Shown: positions 12,531 through 26,329, counted from the whole stretch's first letter. The stretch is DNA of 63,916 nucleotides, filler included, from Dimorphilus gyrociliatus (GCA_904063045.1; 4 parts of 4 records of this genome joined end to end with filler, not necessarily neighbours in it); one strand, 5' to 3'. The notes: a model not told the origin generated them from the sequence alone. Numbers and translations: made by a program.

Positions 12531-14521
12531 TAGCTAAAAACAAAACATCTACAATATCACAATCATACCAAGCCAAAATTATCTGCAATGCTTGTATAAG
12601 ATATTGTTTACTCTATTTCTGAGCCTTTGGAATATTTTACTTTGAATTACAAAATTTTTCATTAAATTTTATTTTAACTTTTATCATTTCTCTCATACCA
12701 TTCTGTCACTTACTTTGGGCTCTGTTTCTGTTGCTTGAGTCTGGACCAGGTGTTCACTATTACTTTACTTGTGATGTGATATCAAGTCATGCTGACCAGC
12801 TGGCTAATAGAGATTATAAAATGTTTGATGTCAACTGACATCCTTATAAAAATAGGCCTATTATATTTGTTAGTATAATTACTACAAAACAAAAATAACA
12901 AAATTTTCAGTAAAAGTATATATTTTATATAATAAGACAGCAAAAGTTGTATAATAATCACAAAAACTATCTTATACATGTTCCATAGGAGAGATGGAAA
13001 CCATTTGTTTTTTAAAAAAGAAAGCATAAAACAGAATGATTGGAAATGCATTCATGCAAAATACATAGTATAATAAATCTTCATAATTTTCACATCCACA
13101 ACTGTAATAATTTTAAAAATCAACCTTGAATTCAATGGTTAACGATTTATTTTACTAGGGGAATTTACCTTTTAACCAGAGTATTATACAATTTCTGACA
13201 GATATTGTACACAAATTATATTGATATTCGAAATTATTCAAATATTCAAATTTTCTTTCATTTTAGAATTGAATATTCTTCTTCTCATTATGGCGGGATT
13301 TTCTGACTCACCATTAAATTCTATTATACTCTTGTAATCCACATTTGAAATGTTAACCATAGAATAGACATTTCGAAAACAACAGCTTTTATTAATGTTA
13401 AACATTTTAATATAAATGGTTTGAGAATATGGATATCCTGCTAATCAGTAGGTGAATATTTTTAGGACATAAAAAAATAACAACTTAAAATCTGATGAAA
13501 AGTCAGAAATGTGATCTAATCTTCGTTTGATGTGGACGGAAAAAAAAGGTAGAGGAGAAAATGCCCACTATAGAAATTTAATGTAGGCAAGAAATTATTT
13601 AATATATGGAGTTATTATAATAATTTGAAACAAAAACAAAAAACAAATAAGAAGAATTAGAAATATTTGAATATGAAATGGCTTGAACAACAATCATTAA
13701 AAATTATTGGATTTAGTTGCTGCTTGTTAAATGGAGAAGAACAAATAAAATTTGGAAATCTTCTAAGATAATGTTCAAAAATAAAAAATATTTATATTTT
13801 TCATACAATGTTTATACCAGAGATGAACTTTTGAATATTTTTAAAAAATTTGAACAAACATTAGAAAGATCAAGGCTTTGATAACTTCAATTACAATTTC
13901 TTGCCAGAGTAATGGACATCACTTTTCACAAAATAAAATAATACTTTAATTGTTGGTATAAATTGAATTTTCTTGTTTCCAATATCACTTATTAGACTAC
14001 CAGAAGCTGTTGAGACACCTCTATTTGCCCTAGATGTTTATATTGATATATTTGTTATCAAATCATTTTTGAAAATGTGAGTATTAAAAGAGTTTTTGTT
14101 TTTTTTACATGTTCTCTAGTTGTAAAGAATTCTACTAAAATAGAAAGATTTGAATATTCATTGCCATAGTCATAATTAATTTTTTCAATTCAAATTCAAT
14201 TCACACTTTATAGCAACAATGTCTAACAACAAGTGTAAAACTGCTCACAAAAGCACAAAAGTCATTTACTAAATTTACTAAAGTGTTTTCATCTGCTAGT
14301 GTTTGTAAGCTGAGATAATGGAAACAGAAAATTAACTATTGGAATTTTTTTTTTGAAATTGAGCAATATGAAGTTGTAAAGTACTAATTTGAATTCAAAA
14401 TTTGAAATTCTGAACCAAACCAAATGTGTGAGGGGTGAAATAGAAAAATTTGAACATTTTTTAAAATGTTTGGACCCATAGCTCAATTCCTCAGCCACAT
14501 TTTTTTCAAATGACATAAAAA

Positions 14522-14706
14522 GGGGTCGACAGAAAATGTCCACAAATGAGAAATTTCAAGACTAGATTTTGGATTGAGAAATGGTTAGGCAGAAGAAACC
14601 AGCAACTGATTTGTACTTAAAAGGGTCTCCTCTAAGGGTTAGGGCTAATGGAAAAGGTTAGGGTTAGGGTAAAAGCACCAATTTATGGACATAGTCTGTC
14701 GCATCC
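14522..14706 (+). mobile_element. MITE family A copy (185 bp; TSD not recognisable)
   Basis: GGGGTCGACAGAAAATGTCC...GTCTGTCGCATCC TIRs with internal GGTTAGGGTTAGGG. Homologous to 29260-29466. Confidence 0.8.
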
Positions 14707-15109
14707 GTGTCTAAAATCAGAGTTCAATACTGTATGCTTTTGTGAACATTTTTAACAAAATTCAAAAGAGTTAGAATATATTTTATATAAAATTAAAACT
14801 TCTGTTGTAGACGCTTCCGTTAAATAATTTTTCAAAGTTTTTAAAATTGCAAAATTACTTAAACTGCACTTTTTTGTAGAAATTGAATAAATCATATTTT
14901 CACAATTTGCATCATTCAAACAATAATTGAAACATTGTAGAATAGTTGAATTGAATTTTGAAGAATAGATATAAATTGATTTTGGGACAATATTTTCAAA
15001 TTTCAGAAGTAATTTAACTGTGTAAAATTGAATGAAAAATATTCAAGAGAATTAAGGATTTTTTCCTTCATTCATCAAAATATTTTTACTTACCATCAGT
15101 TTTCGGTAA

Positions 15110-15534
15110 ATTTCTTTCCGTAATACGTAATAACTACACATTGAGTACAATTCATCTTCCGAATAAATTCTTACCTGTTTCGCTACTATTTCATTGTTAC
15201 AGTAGAATGTAAAGTATGTTGATTCTGAAATTTTGAGAACATCTGTAAAATTTGTACATAGCGTTTCAGTTGTTGGTGTGACGCCATAAATTTTTAAACT
15301 GGACGAGGAGGAAACATTTGCAGTTTGTAATAATAAAAAGCCTACTGCAAAAAATCTGAAAAAAACTGGAAATTGAATGTAATAGTCTTTTGCAGGAGAA
15401 AGGAGACAATTTGAATTTGGTTGAACTGTTAATGTACTCAGTGAATAACCGGAAGTTGCAAAAGAAAATTTGCCCAAACTATTTATACTGTATGGTTTGC
15501 TTTCACCAAGAATAAATACTTCACAAATTTTCAT
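15110..15534 (-). CDS. Exon encoding F-type lectin/discoidin-like domain repeats; gene truncated by the contig end
   Basis: LKICEVFILG and FYCNNEIVAKQVRIYSEDELYSMCSYYVL resemble the C-x-GRYVRI...L-LCEV-V terminus of fucolectin/F5-8-like domains. Further putative exons continue toward ~13800. Confidence 0.5.
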
Positions 15535-15546
15535 TTGTTTATTGCC

Positions 15547-15646
15547 NNNNNNNNNNNNNNNNNNNNNNNNNNNNNNNNNNNNNNNNNNNNTTAATTAATT
15601 AANNNNNNNNNNNNNNNNNNNNNNNNNNNNNNNNNNNNNNNNNNNN
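15547..15646. other. Artificial contig spacer (44 N + TTAATTAATTAA + 44 N)
   Basis: Identical 100-nt construct appears three times. The 12-mer places stop codons in all six frames. Confidence 0.98.
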
Positions 15647-18600
15647 GTCTAAGACTGGGTTATAGTTTGGGACTATGATAAAAACAGAAAAATTGATTTT
15701 TTGAATTTCCTACTAGCCACTCTATTGGATACCAAAATTGCAAGACAAAAATACCAATTTTGTCTTCACAACAACATCGATTGATAACAAAAGCATTAAT
15801 GAGTTAAAAAGTAGGGATTATTTAGAGATTAAGTTACCTGTACTAAACCAGAATGAAAAACAGGATTTAATAAAGGTATTTTTTATTTGATAATAACAAA
15901 AATTCAAATTTTTGAATAAAAACAATAACAGATTCTATTGAAAGAAAATTCTAAAGAAATGACAAAAGAACAACTCTCAAAATTAGTTGATATAGATCAA
16001 ACACAAAATCTCTTATATCTTAAAGTTCTTGTTGCAGTCAGTTCTAACTCTTCATCTCTTGTCTCTGTCTATATCTTTTTCCTTTGCAGGAACTTTGCTC
16101 TTTTGGCTCATTTAGGTTAATCGATAAGAAAATTGATGATTTGACTTCGGCACAAGAGTTAAGAAAATAATTTTTTGTGTATGAAAAATTAATGTTCGTT
16201 TTGTTTTGTTTAGCAATTGTCAATTATTTAAAAAAATGATTAAGCGCCTGACAGAAAACTACAATGGATGCGAACAGAATGAAGATATAGTTGAGAAAGT
16301 ATGTCATATTATCTCCTATCTATCTGTATAGTTCAATTTTCTTGAAAATTTTCCAATATCAAATTCTTTCCTACTAATTTTCTAATTATTATTGTAGACT
16401 CTATGCTGCCTTGCACTATCAAAATATGGTTTCTACGAAAATGACCTTAGGAGTTATCTAAGCGTCGAACAGCAAATTTGGTCTCCATTTTATCATGCCA
16501 TAGAAAAATTTCTATTGAATCGGCAATCAATGTTACAGTATGTTATTGCATTGAAATCTATATTGAACTTTTGTTAATTATAACAACATTTATAGAATTG
16601 CCTATAGAGAATTGTCAATGATTATTGAGGAACAATTCTTATCAGATGAAGATAACCGAAAAAAACATATTGAAAATATGGCACATTTCTTTTATGGTAT
16701 ATTTCTGGTTTGTTGTTGTTGTTTGTTGTTATTGTTTGTAATAATTTATTTATACTTTTTCATGGTTAAGAAATCAGAAAAATTATCATTAACTCTAATG
16801 AACGAATTGCCAGATCTTTTATACAAAGCTGGTAGAGAAAATGAATTTCTTACAGTGTTGAGTAATCCCCAAGTTATTTCTCATTTTGAAAAGTAAAATA
16901 AATGAAAAATTAATAAATAAAAGATAAATTCTTCCCTTTTGCAGGAAGAATATCTATGAAATTTTATCCTACATGAATTTAGTTACTATGGAAAAGATTG
17001 TCAATAGTTTTACCCGTTCAATTATCACTTATCCATCAATTTTATATTCATTTTATCAAAGAAATTTCATAATGGACATTTCAAATTTACCTTACAAAGT
17101 AGAGAGTTTCTTTTTGTTTTTGTACGAAAAAAAGAGACTAGTTGAAATTTTAAACTAACATTTTATTCTTACTCTTCTAGATTTTTCAGTTTTACTCTTC
17201 AATTTTCAATATATCGGATTATGGTAAAATCTACGCCTTACGGGAATTTTCTTTAAGAAAATGTATAAACATTGTTGATTGGTGTAAAAACAAGCCAATA
17301 AAATGGCGGACAGAGAAAAAATTCTTCTTAAAAGATCGATTAGGTTGCCTTTTGGGTAATAATCCTATGAAAAAAACTGAAGCATTAGAAATTCATAAAG
17401 AGGTTTTAGAGTGGAGAAAATCTTCAAATTGTCTCTTGGATGTTCAAGCAAGCTATCATTCAATTGGAAAGGTCTACTTAAATAATCAACACTACAATTT
17501 GGTAGAATTTAATATTATGTAGACTGAACTAGTTAAATTTCTCTGATTTCTTTTTGATTTTAAAAAACTTAGGCATTGGAGAATTTCAACAAAGCTCTAG
17601 TTCTACAAGAGCAAATTCCCTACAATCCAGAAACACATGCAAATTTTGATTCTAATTCATTTAAGATTGCGTCTACTCACCAAGGTATGGGTCTTGTCTA
17701 TATGAAAATGAATAATCTTACACTCGCCGAAAGGGAAATTTCTAAAGCTTTGCAGGTGATTTTTCTTTTACTCTTCTAAGAGTTTTTATGAATATCGTTT
17801 TCTTTTAAGTTATACACGGAATGTAGCTTTGGAGAGCAGTCACTCGACATAGCCTATTGCTTTCATAATCTTGCTATGATTTACAGAAGACGGGAAAAGC
17901 ATGAACAGGCTCATGATTATTACAATAAGTATAAAAGACAAAAAGAATTGAATAGCTCATCTTTCGTTCAACATAACCATCATTAACAGATCTCTTAATA
18001 TCAAACTAAAATACTTGGGGGAAAAGAGTGTAGATGTCGCTATGACCTATATGAATCTAGCAACCCTGAAGTTGACTGTAGAAGATAATCAGATGTTTTA
18101 TGAATACTCATTAAAATGTTTTGAGACAATGGAAGTAAGAGCTTAGTTGTGTTAAGTTGTGTGTTTTCTAATGAATCTTTACGAAAAAACAATTAGCAAT
18201 GTCACCTTAATCAAAAACATCATCAAGTAACAATGGCAAAAGAGAATTATGCTTATTCCCTCTTCCTCATTGATAGAAAAGAAGAATGCGAAAAACTGTT
18301 TCTTGAAACAGGTAATAGAATATTTTATCTTTGACGGTTAGGTGATTAAGAGCAATTGGGGATATTTCTTTAAGCATTCAATATCCTTTTTTTTAAATTT
18401 TGCTCCGTTCTTTTACCAAAAGTTGCTGTTCATGAGGAAAAAGATGATTTTAAAAATGGTCTTCCATCTCTGTTTGAAAACATGATGCACTACCTAAAAG
18501 AGAAACAACAATTCAAAACAATTTATCGTTTTTTGGCACCAGTTATGAAGACAAAACTCCTATGTGCAGAGCATTTCATTGTTATGGATCAAGTATTGCA

Positions 18601-19197
18601 TAATCTCAATGATGTTGATAAGAAAGAAGAGTTTTCCATAGAACATGGCATTCAGATGTTTGCTGATGATAAAGAATTATTAGAATTTTATGGTGCAAAG
18701 TATTTTGACAAGGATTTTCTAGAATTAAAAGTTATTTGTTTAAAATTAATGAAAATTTTAAAAGACAAGAAACTAGATGAAAAATTACCATTCATACTTT
18801 ATCCAATGAAAATGATTGAGAGACATAGAGAGAAATATGATGAAAAAATATTTCTTTTGATCGATGAAGCTTTCAAAATTTGGCCTGATGATCAGCTAAA
18901 TGTTTGTTTATTTCTTTAGTAATCATTTTTTTGAATAGTTTGAATTACACACATATTGAATATATTTTCAATCTATTTCAGGAAATTTCAGCACTGAACG
19001 CCTATATTCTGAACAATTATCAACAGTGTATTAATATTTTAAGGAAATTAATTGAAAATTGTGAAGAATACTCTTCCAGTATGGTGTATTTAGTCGACGA
19101 TATCTTGACCTCATTGAGAAATCAGAGGGCTAAAGAATGCCAACAATTTATAAAACAATTAACAGTTTTACAAAGTGAATTTCTCATAGATGATTGA
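15647..19197 (+). CDS. Multi-exon STAND(NACHT-like)/TPR protein, nephrocystin-3/TTC41-like C-terminal half; 5' truncated at contig start
   Basis: Exons encode IKLPVLNQNEKQDLIK, SKEMTKEQLSKLVDIDQTQNLLYLKVL, ELCSFGSFRLIDKKI, CLALSKYGFYENDLRSYL...IWSPFY and ELPDLLYKAG. TPRs include ASTHQGMGLVYMKMNNLTLAEREISKALQ, IAYCFHNLAMIYRRREKHEQAHDYYNK and VAMTYMNLATLKL. Introns are short GT-AG. Confidence 0.75.
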
Positions 19198-19477
19198 TTG
19201 AATAAATGAACACCCTTTTCAACACAAATCTTGTGGGTAAGGAAATAAATTCAAAAATTTGGCAAGACCTAAAATTGCTTCAAATGTTTCAAGTTATGAG
19301 AAAAAGATGGCTGTTGAAAATGCCCAATTTTAATAGGACTAGGTACAGCTAGAAAGATAGAAGAAGAGATTGAGTCTAATTTAATTAAATAGCATATTAT
19401 ATGCCTTCTTTTTCTTGATGTCATTAGTACAGCTGCTAGTAAGCCGCCTACTCGAGAGATCTGCACACCATGTCTTT

Positions 19478-19684
19478 GGGGCCGACAGAAAACATTGTGA
19501 AGTGAGATTTTTGAAAGCAGTAGTTCGGATTGATAAATGGCTAGGAGGAGTAAAGTAGCTTTTGATTTGTAGTTAGGGGGCTTCCATCTAAGGGTTACGG
19601 GTAATCAAAAAGTTTTGGGAGAGATCAGGGCTAGGTTAGGGTTAGGGTTAAACCATGCATTTGGGAACATTTTCTGTCGTATCT
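19478..19684 (+). mobile_element. MITE family A (207 bp), Mutator-like, 9-bp TSD CATGTCTTT
   Basis: TIRs GGGGCCGACAGAAAAC.../...TTTTCTGTCGTATCT. CATGTCTTT lies at 19469-19477 and 19685-19693. Confidence 0.92.
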
Positions 19685-19879
19685 CATGTCTTTGTGTATA
19701 GAGAGGTTAGGTCTGCCTCTCTCCACAAATGTGTGCGTTTTTTTAAAATAATTTCAAATGTAAGAGATCATAATCAACTCAGAAGAGAACGAATATGAAC
19801 ACTACTAATAAAATATATGAAATATCATTCCTTTTGTCTATACAACTAGTAAAAGCATTGTTTAAAATGGATAAATAAC

Positions 19880-20085
19880 TCATTTATTATGACAACAGTT
19901 ATCTATGGATTAATTGTATTTTTGGGATTACAGAAATTTCTATAAATATTCTGATATTCAGTCAACCAGGAGGCATGTACTCATATCATTACGCATTTCT
20001 TTTAAGATATCATTCGTGGATTGATCTCACTTTGTGCGCGATTTCTTTACCTTTAGTTTATTATAGAGAAATACAAGCGCCTTTT
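19880..20085 (+). pseudogene. Fragment (TM1-TM2) of a GPCR paralogous to 41657-42613
   Basis: Frameshifted VIYGLIVF...RYHSWIDLTLCAISLPLVYYREIQ aligns with SIYGFFIVF...KYLAWIDLFSCTISLPLIYHREIQ of the intact GPCR. Confidence 0.7.
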
Positions 20086-21526
20086 TAATTGCTTTGTCTT
20101 TCAAAAGTAATTTATTCATTCCTGTTGAATAAATTGAAAATTGTTCACTTTTACAACTGCAAATAATTAGCCCCTTCTAACCCTAACCCAGGAAAACATA
20201 TGCATGCTCATGGCACCTTGTAACTTTGAGATTTTTCGGAAACTTGCTATTTCTCTCTGTACCATTTCAATTGCTCACATATACCAGTATTGCATACTAG
20301 TTTATTATTACACATTTCTATTCTTAATAATTATTCGGACATCTACTGCATACAAACAATTGAATGACAGTAAATCTGTCTCAATTTTATCTATTCAAAA
20401 TAATAGCTAAAGATGTGTTAAACATTCCAATTGTTTTGGAACTATAATAGTCTAGACGCTATTAAATGGAAATTCTCGATTTTTTAAATGTCAACATAAA
20501 CAAGAGAAATACACAAGCACTACGCAACAAGACCAGTTGGTAGGTATGTCTTTTAATCACCTTGATAAATTGTGCAAAGGAAAGTAATACAGGTATGACA
20601 ATCTTTAGAGAATACTAAGTGACCTATATTACTCTAGAACAACAAAGCCCCACAGTTAAAATATTAAAGAACTGTCATTTGTTGAACTTTTGACAATAAA
20701 TAAAGCAGCAGTCTGTTGTAACTTGTAAACACACAAATTGGCCAAACAGGAGCAGTAAAACATATACAGCTAATACAATATCTGCAAAATTTGCTTCAAA
20801 AATATGGTAACTTAAACAATCATTCATAAAACAGTATTTATGCTGCTCACAACAAATGAATGAGGTCATCAATTGATCATATCTACTATGAAATCAAGTG
20901 GTTAGATATAAACATTTTGGTCCCATCTTCTGAACTCATCAGACAATAGATAAAATGAGTAACAAAGATCAGTATCCGGGACTTGTTCAAAGTACAATGT
21001 CACCATGATGTTTATTATCAATTGTATTTAAGTCTGGGAATCTTGGAAAAACTTGTAAACTACACAAAATCATTCCTCTCCCAGAATGTTTTTGTTTTGC
21101 TCTCCCAGCCCTTAGTTCTTGGTCATATTGCTGATTTTTTCTCCATCAAATATGAAGCAGCTTTATCTCACAGATTGATAGATACAATTATATAGATAGC
21201 ACATAACGATAAACACTCAAAAGCAAGGGGAGGAGAATGGTGTAACAATTGTTTTATGGCCTTATCTATGACCCATAAGTGATGCATAATTCCATTATAA
21301 AATGAAAGTTAACAATTAATCAGTAGTTATTTAAGTATATACCACACAACTATTTGAATATTTTATTTAAATAAAAAAAATGACTTACACAGAAAGAATA
21401 ATATTTCTTTTACCAATAATTTTCTTTAAAGGTATGTATTTGTTACAAAAAATAATTAGGCAAGTTGAGGATGAAGACATATTTACATTGTAATAATAAG
21501 CAATCTCTATTTTACAGTGACATTAG

Positions 21527-23510
21527 GTTGCTTGAATGATTGGACAGAGTTTAATGGGTTTTGCTATTTTGTATCATCTAGTAGAGCTCATTGGCTTGCA
21601 GGAGAGGATGATGGATTTGGTGGAAATTTAATAAGTATCCTCAATAAAGAGGAAAATGACTTTATTCGAAGACTTATAGGAGTTAGAGATTAGTGAAATT
21701 CAACTTTTATGATTGAATTTTGATATTTTTCAGAGGGAAGATTATAGAACAGTATTTCATATTGGATTAAAAAAATTGCACAAAGAAGATTATGAGTTAA
21801 TATTAAATAAATAGGTCAAATATTCTTAATTAGATTTTTACTTTCAATTAGCAGGTGGTCTGATGGTTCACCTCTAAATTATACACTCTTACAAAGTGAC
21901 CCTTATCTTTCTTGTGGTGCAGTTTTAGCAGGCAGTAAGTATAAAAAACAACTGTTTTTTTTAACATAATAACAAATAGTATTTTATAGCACCCAATTGG
22001 AATGCATTGAATTGTGGACAAACTGAAAGGTATATTTGTAAAGTAAAGAAAGGAGCTACCCCTTCTCCTAAGCCAACTTCAGTAACTCCAGTTCCTACAG
22101 GCCATTGTCCATCAGGTTGGTTAGAATCTTTAAAAAAATGCTTCAGAATATACTTCTTGGATGAAAAAAATGGATTAACTTTCTTTGAGGCAAGAAATAG
22201 CTGTATGTCATAGAATATAATGTCTAATCTGGCAACAATAAATAGTGAGGAGAAAAATTTGTTTATTCTCTCAAAAATGATTAATGGACAGCATAGAAAT
22301 GGATTATGGTTTGGCTTGTACAGAGAGAACAAACGTAGACAGTGGCTATGGGCAGATAATTCTCCATATTTATTTAGAGGGTATGGTAATTGGTATACCA
22401 GGAATGGAGAAGAAGTATGTATTTAAAACTAGTAGCTCTTTTTAAAATAACTTTAACATTGTATAGAACCAAGCTTACCTGTCTACTCTTGCACCAGCTA
22501 ATAAAGCAGGGAAATGGATGGCAGATTCCTATCATACGTATAAGAAGGGCTATGTGTGCAGTATGAGCAAAAGTTTGTTTATACAATTTATATGAGATGG
22601 AGGGGACAAACCTCACCTAAAAGTAAAGTTATAGAACTATATTTTTTTGAGGTTTTCTTAGAGTTGAAAAGAGAAATCTTCTAAAACCTCACCTAAAAGT
22701 GTTTTCTTAAGGTTTTTTTAGAGTTGGGAAGATAGGAATTTTCTTACTTAAGAATTATTATTGAAAGTTAAGCTTTTAGGGGTTTAAGATTCAAAAATAA
22801 AAAATATACTTTAGGATTAGAGTTAGGGCTATGCTGGGAAAAAATATTCACATATCTTTCAACTTTAACAAAACATCTCTTTTCAGGTAACATTGATTTC
22901 ATATCCACAACTCCACTAGAGAAAGCAATATGTAAGAAAGGAGAATATCTTGGAGATGGTTGCTATAGCATACAAAATGAAAAAAAAACTTGGAAAGAGG
23001 CTTTAAATTCTTGCAAAAACCAAGTATAATATTTCACTTTGTTTTTGCCTTGAAATTTAAATTGAATCTTTCCTTAAACAGGAAATGAATTTGGCTTCTA
23101 TTCATTCTGCTGGATTAAATTCAGGATTGCGTTATCACATTTTAAATACAGAAAAATACTATTGGATTGGAATGAATAGGCTTAATGCTACAGAGTCAAT
23201 GAAATGGAGTGATCATTCTACAGTTGTTTTTACAAATTGGCAGGAATTTCCCCAAGATGACAAAAATTGTGTTGCCATTTCATCAAAAGGAACATGGAGC
23301 GGATTTCCTTGTAGCATACAGTTGGAAAGTATTTGTAAAATACAAATTGGCTTTGTGCTTACAACTCCCTCACAAGTTAATGGGCTATGCCCTAGTCCAA
23401 CCAAGGGAAAGTGGGTCAGTCATGGCAGTTATTGCTATCTATTTTCAGAAGAGTATGCTTACTCAGCTCAAGACGGACTGCAGAAATGTATCAAGCTTAG
23501 AAATTGAACC
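21527..23510 (+). CDS. Multi-C-type-lectin-domain gene (mannose-receptor-like), at least 4 CTLDs; one premature stop at 22211-22213
   Basis: CLNDWTEFNGFCY...NLISILNKEENDFI; WSDGSPLNY; CPSGWLESLKKCF...LATINSEEKN...LWFGL; LASIHS...YWIGMN...KWSDHSTVVFTNW...NCVAISSKGTWSGFPCSIQLESICK; CPSPTKGKWVSHGSYCYLF. Confidence 0.88.
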
Positions 23511-24851
23511 AAAGTCTGTACCACTACAAATTTATCCCACATTCAGAAAGAAAGGTAACTCAGTAATTGTTAGAAACCCTAAACCTTTCATGGAAGCAAG
23601 GTATTGATGGAGTGGGATGTTTGTGCACTTCAGTTCAATATAAATGCTCTTTTAGAAAACTGTAGACTTAACTCAATACTATTTAATATGAATACTTAAC
23701 AATAGCATTATGTACTAGGTATGCACAATTCTATTGTACATGTATGCCACAATGCACGTGAGCATATAAAATTCTTACAAATAAATGTAATGAATTTAGC
23801 ATTAATTATAGGACTACACTAGTCTTACTTTAACCACCTAAGAACATTAATTTAGTGGCCAGCTAAAGAGTATCAAAAGGTCAAACTCAACTATTGTTGA
23901 CTTTTGGACCAGTTCCAACTTCTCACATTCAATGGTTGAATTGAATGTTGCCAAAATTGTTACATCTTACAAAAGAAGCTGACCGTCTAAATTTATCTGA
24001 CCTAATTACTCAGGATGAATGAAACCAATTAAAGGCAGAACCATTTTTAGGACTTTCAATTGTGTTAAAATGTTACTTTGAATTGTTCAAACTTTGAAAT
24101 TGTGAACTGTTAAACTCTTAGGAAAGGAATTCCTGGACAAAAAGTTGGAAAGATATCTTACAAAATTGTTATCAGTTAATTCAGCAATTGAAATTATCTT
24201 TTTGTCATATAATCCACTATTGAGAAGTGGTTTAACAGAAATCATTCAGATACTTACTGGATCATCAAGATGTTTAAGAGAAATCTCTTTAGAATCTTGT
24301 AATATTTCACAATTGCAAGGAAATTTGATTGGGGAGATGTTAATCAACTGCTCAGTGTTACAGGTAATTGATTTGTCAAGAAATACTGAAATTGGGAATG
24401 GATGAGCAAGAATTTGTGATGGACTTGCTAAATGGAAACCTTTAAAATCTATTAATTTTCATTTATGCAATTTATCAAAAAACATAGCCAATCTTATTGG
24501 AGACATGCTATTGCACTGTTCAGCTATTGAAGATATTATTTTACCATTTAATACAGTACAGGTAACCTATTTTTGAATGCCCAACTATTTTCTATATTAG
24601 TTAAAATATTTTTTCTTTAACATTAATTTTATAATCCAATAATTAAACATGGCAATTGTGACTTTGTAATCAACATATTCAATTAATTGAATCTTTGTAT
24701 TTTACTTTTTAAATAACAAAAACGTTTTATTTTGAAAAAATCATGAAAAGTGCCCAATATCCTAATTTTGAACAATAATTAAAAATTTACAAAAATGACC
24801 AAATTTATTTCAAGAATCAAAGTAGGATAAGAATTTTAAAAGAAGTCAAAA

Positions 24852-25196
24852 ATGCCAAAAATTACCTTTGATATGAGAAAATTAGTGATGGAAAAGAGGA
24901 AGGAGAAGATATCAATGAATGAAATAGCAAAACAATTAAAAATTTCAAAGGGATCTGTCCATTACATAATAAAAAAGTTTGAGAAACATGGAACTATAAA
25001 CAATTTATCCAAATTATGCATCCCAAAGATTCTAACAGAAAGGAAAGACAGAAAAATTTGTCAGATTTCAAAAAGAAATTCATTTTTACCAGCAAGGAAT
25101 GTGCTTGAATATTCAGGACTAGGTTCCAAAATTTCTCTGTTGACCTGCAAGAAGATTTTACATTATTGGGCACTTTTTGTGATTTTTTCAGAATAA
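24852..25196 (+). pseudogene. Tc1 transposase N-terminal paired-like HTH region only; DD34E catalytic domain absent
   Basis: ISMNEIAKQLKISKGSVHYIIKKFEKHGTINN...PKILTERKDRKICQISKRN matches the Tc1 HTH/GRPR-linker/HTH layout. The ORF runs into the right TIR. Confidence 0.85.
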
Positions 25197-25354
25197 AATT
25201 TTTTTTGTTATTTAAACAGTGAAATTTGAAAATTCAATTAGTTGAATATGTTGTGCACAAAGTTACAATTGCCATGTCTAATCATTGGATTGTAAGATTA
25301 ATGTTATAGAAAAAATATTTTAACTGATATAAAAAATAGCTGGACATTCAAAAA

Positions 25355-25561
25355 GGGGCCGACAGAAAACGTCCCCAAATGAAATTTTTGAAAGCAACAT
25401 TTCGGATTGAAAAATGGTTAGGAGGGGTAAAGTAGCTTTTGATTTATAGTTAGGGGGGTTCCATCTAAGGGTTAGGAGCAATCAAAAAGGTTAACGAGAG
25501 ACAAGCGCTAGGTTAGGGTTAGGGTTAAATCATGAATTTGGGGACGTTTTCTGTCGAATCC
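25355..25561 (+). mobile_element. MITE family A (207 bp), 9-bp TSD ATTCAAAAA, inserted in the right TIR of the Tc1 element
   Basis: ATTCAAAAA lies at 25346-25354 and 25562-25570. TIRs are GGGGCCGACAGAAAACGTCCCCAAAT / ATTTGGGGACGTTTTCTGTCGAATCC. Confidence 0.93.
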
Positions 25562-26329
25562 ATTCAAAAATAGGTTACCTGTACTTTATAAAGATGAAAA
25601 GTGGAGTGTATAGGGCACATTAAATCATCAAAAAGTTTACATGTTGTAGAATTTAATGGTTGCAATTTATGTGAAAGTCAGGGAAGAGATGTTGCAAAGA
25701 TGCTATCACAATCCTCAAATATGAAGACTGTTGATTTGTTAGGTAATACTGAAATTGGAAGTGAATGGGCAAAGATTGTCAGATTTGTCAAGAACTTAAA
25801 AAATCATTTACAACTTTAAAAAGTATCAATTTTAGCAAGTGTAATTTATCTAAAGATCAAAAACAAACTATTAAGAAAATTTTACTATCCTTTTCTAATA
25901 TTCTGAAAATAGAATAATGAAGAATGAAAACATTCTGCTTTGGTTTTTGTTTCAACAGACTTTTTATACTGTTTCTTTTGAAATGAACTCAAATAAAAGT
26001 ATACTTGGTTTCAATCTTCGAATTTTACAAATTGAAAGCCTACCTGTACAGGTATGATTGCAATAAGAGCATTTTAATGTCAATTTGGGAGGTGTTTCAT
26101 CTAGATTTCAAATGTACTGAGTAGAATATTTAATAAAAACAGATCAAAAATAATAACTATATAAAAAACATTTACCCTTGAGACACTTTTGACAGAGTAC
26201 TTGGTGGAATTCAATAAATTCAGTCCTCTTTGAATATTACAATTGGAAGGAAAAAAGCCATCTTTGAATTTAAGATTTCACTAAAAAACTCTTGTACACT
26301 ATATATTTCAGTTTATATTTTTGTAATTC

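Larger units (their letters stand above)
24559..25581 (+). mobile_element. Internally deleted Tc1/mariner element, TA TSD, TIRs of about 170 bp
   Basis: TA|CAGGTAACCTATTTTTGAATG ... CATTCAAAAATAGGTTACCTG|TA, with TA at 24557-24558 and 25582-25583. It contains a truncated transposase ORF. Confidence 0.92.
24145..25920 (+). pseudogene. RNI-like leucine-rich-repeat gene remnant, interrupted by a Tc1 element and stop codons
   Basis: Repeats such as LREISLESCNISQLQGNLIGEMLINCSVLQVIDLSRNTEIGNG, LKSINFHLCNLSKNIANLIGDMLLHC and LHVVEFNGCNLCESQGRDVAKMLSQSSNMKTVDLLGNTEIG occur on both sides of the insertion. Confidence 0.75.

Noticed and set aside
20905-20950. Minus-strand CTGATGA-GTTC...GGAC-CAAA as a hammerhead, with a faint GIY-YIG-like relic at ~21020-21200
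   Set aside because: G12 is replaced by C and stems I and III cannot be formed. At most this is a dead Penelope-like remnant, too degraded to support.
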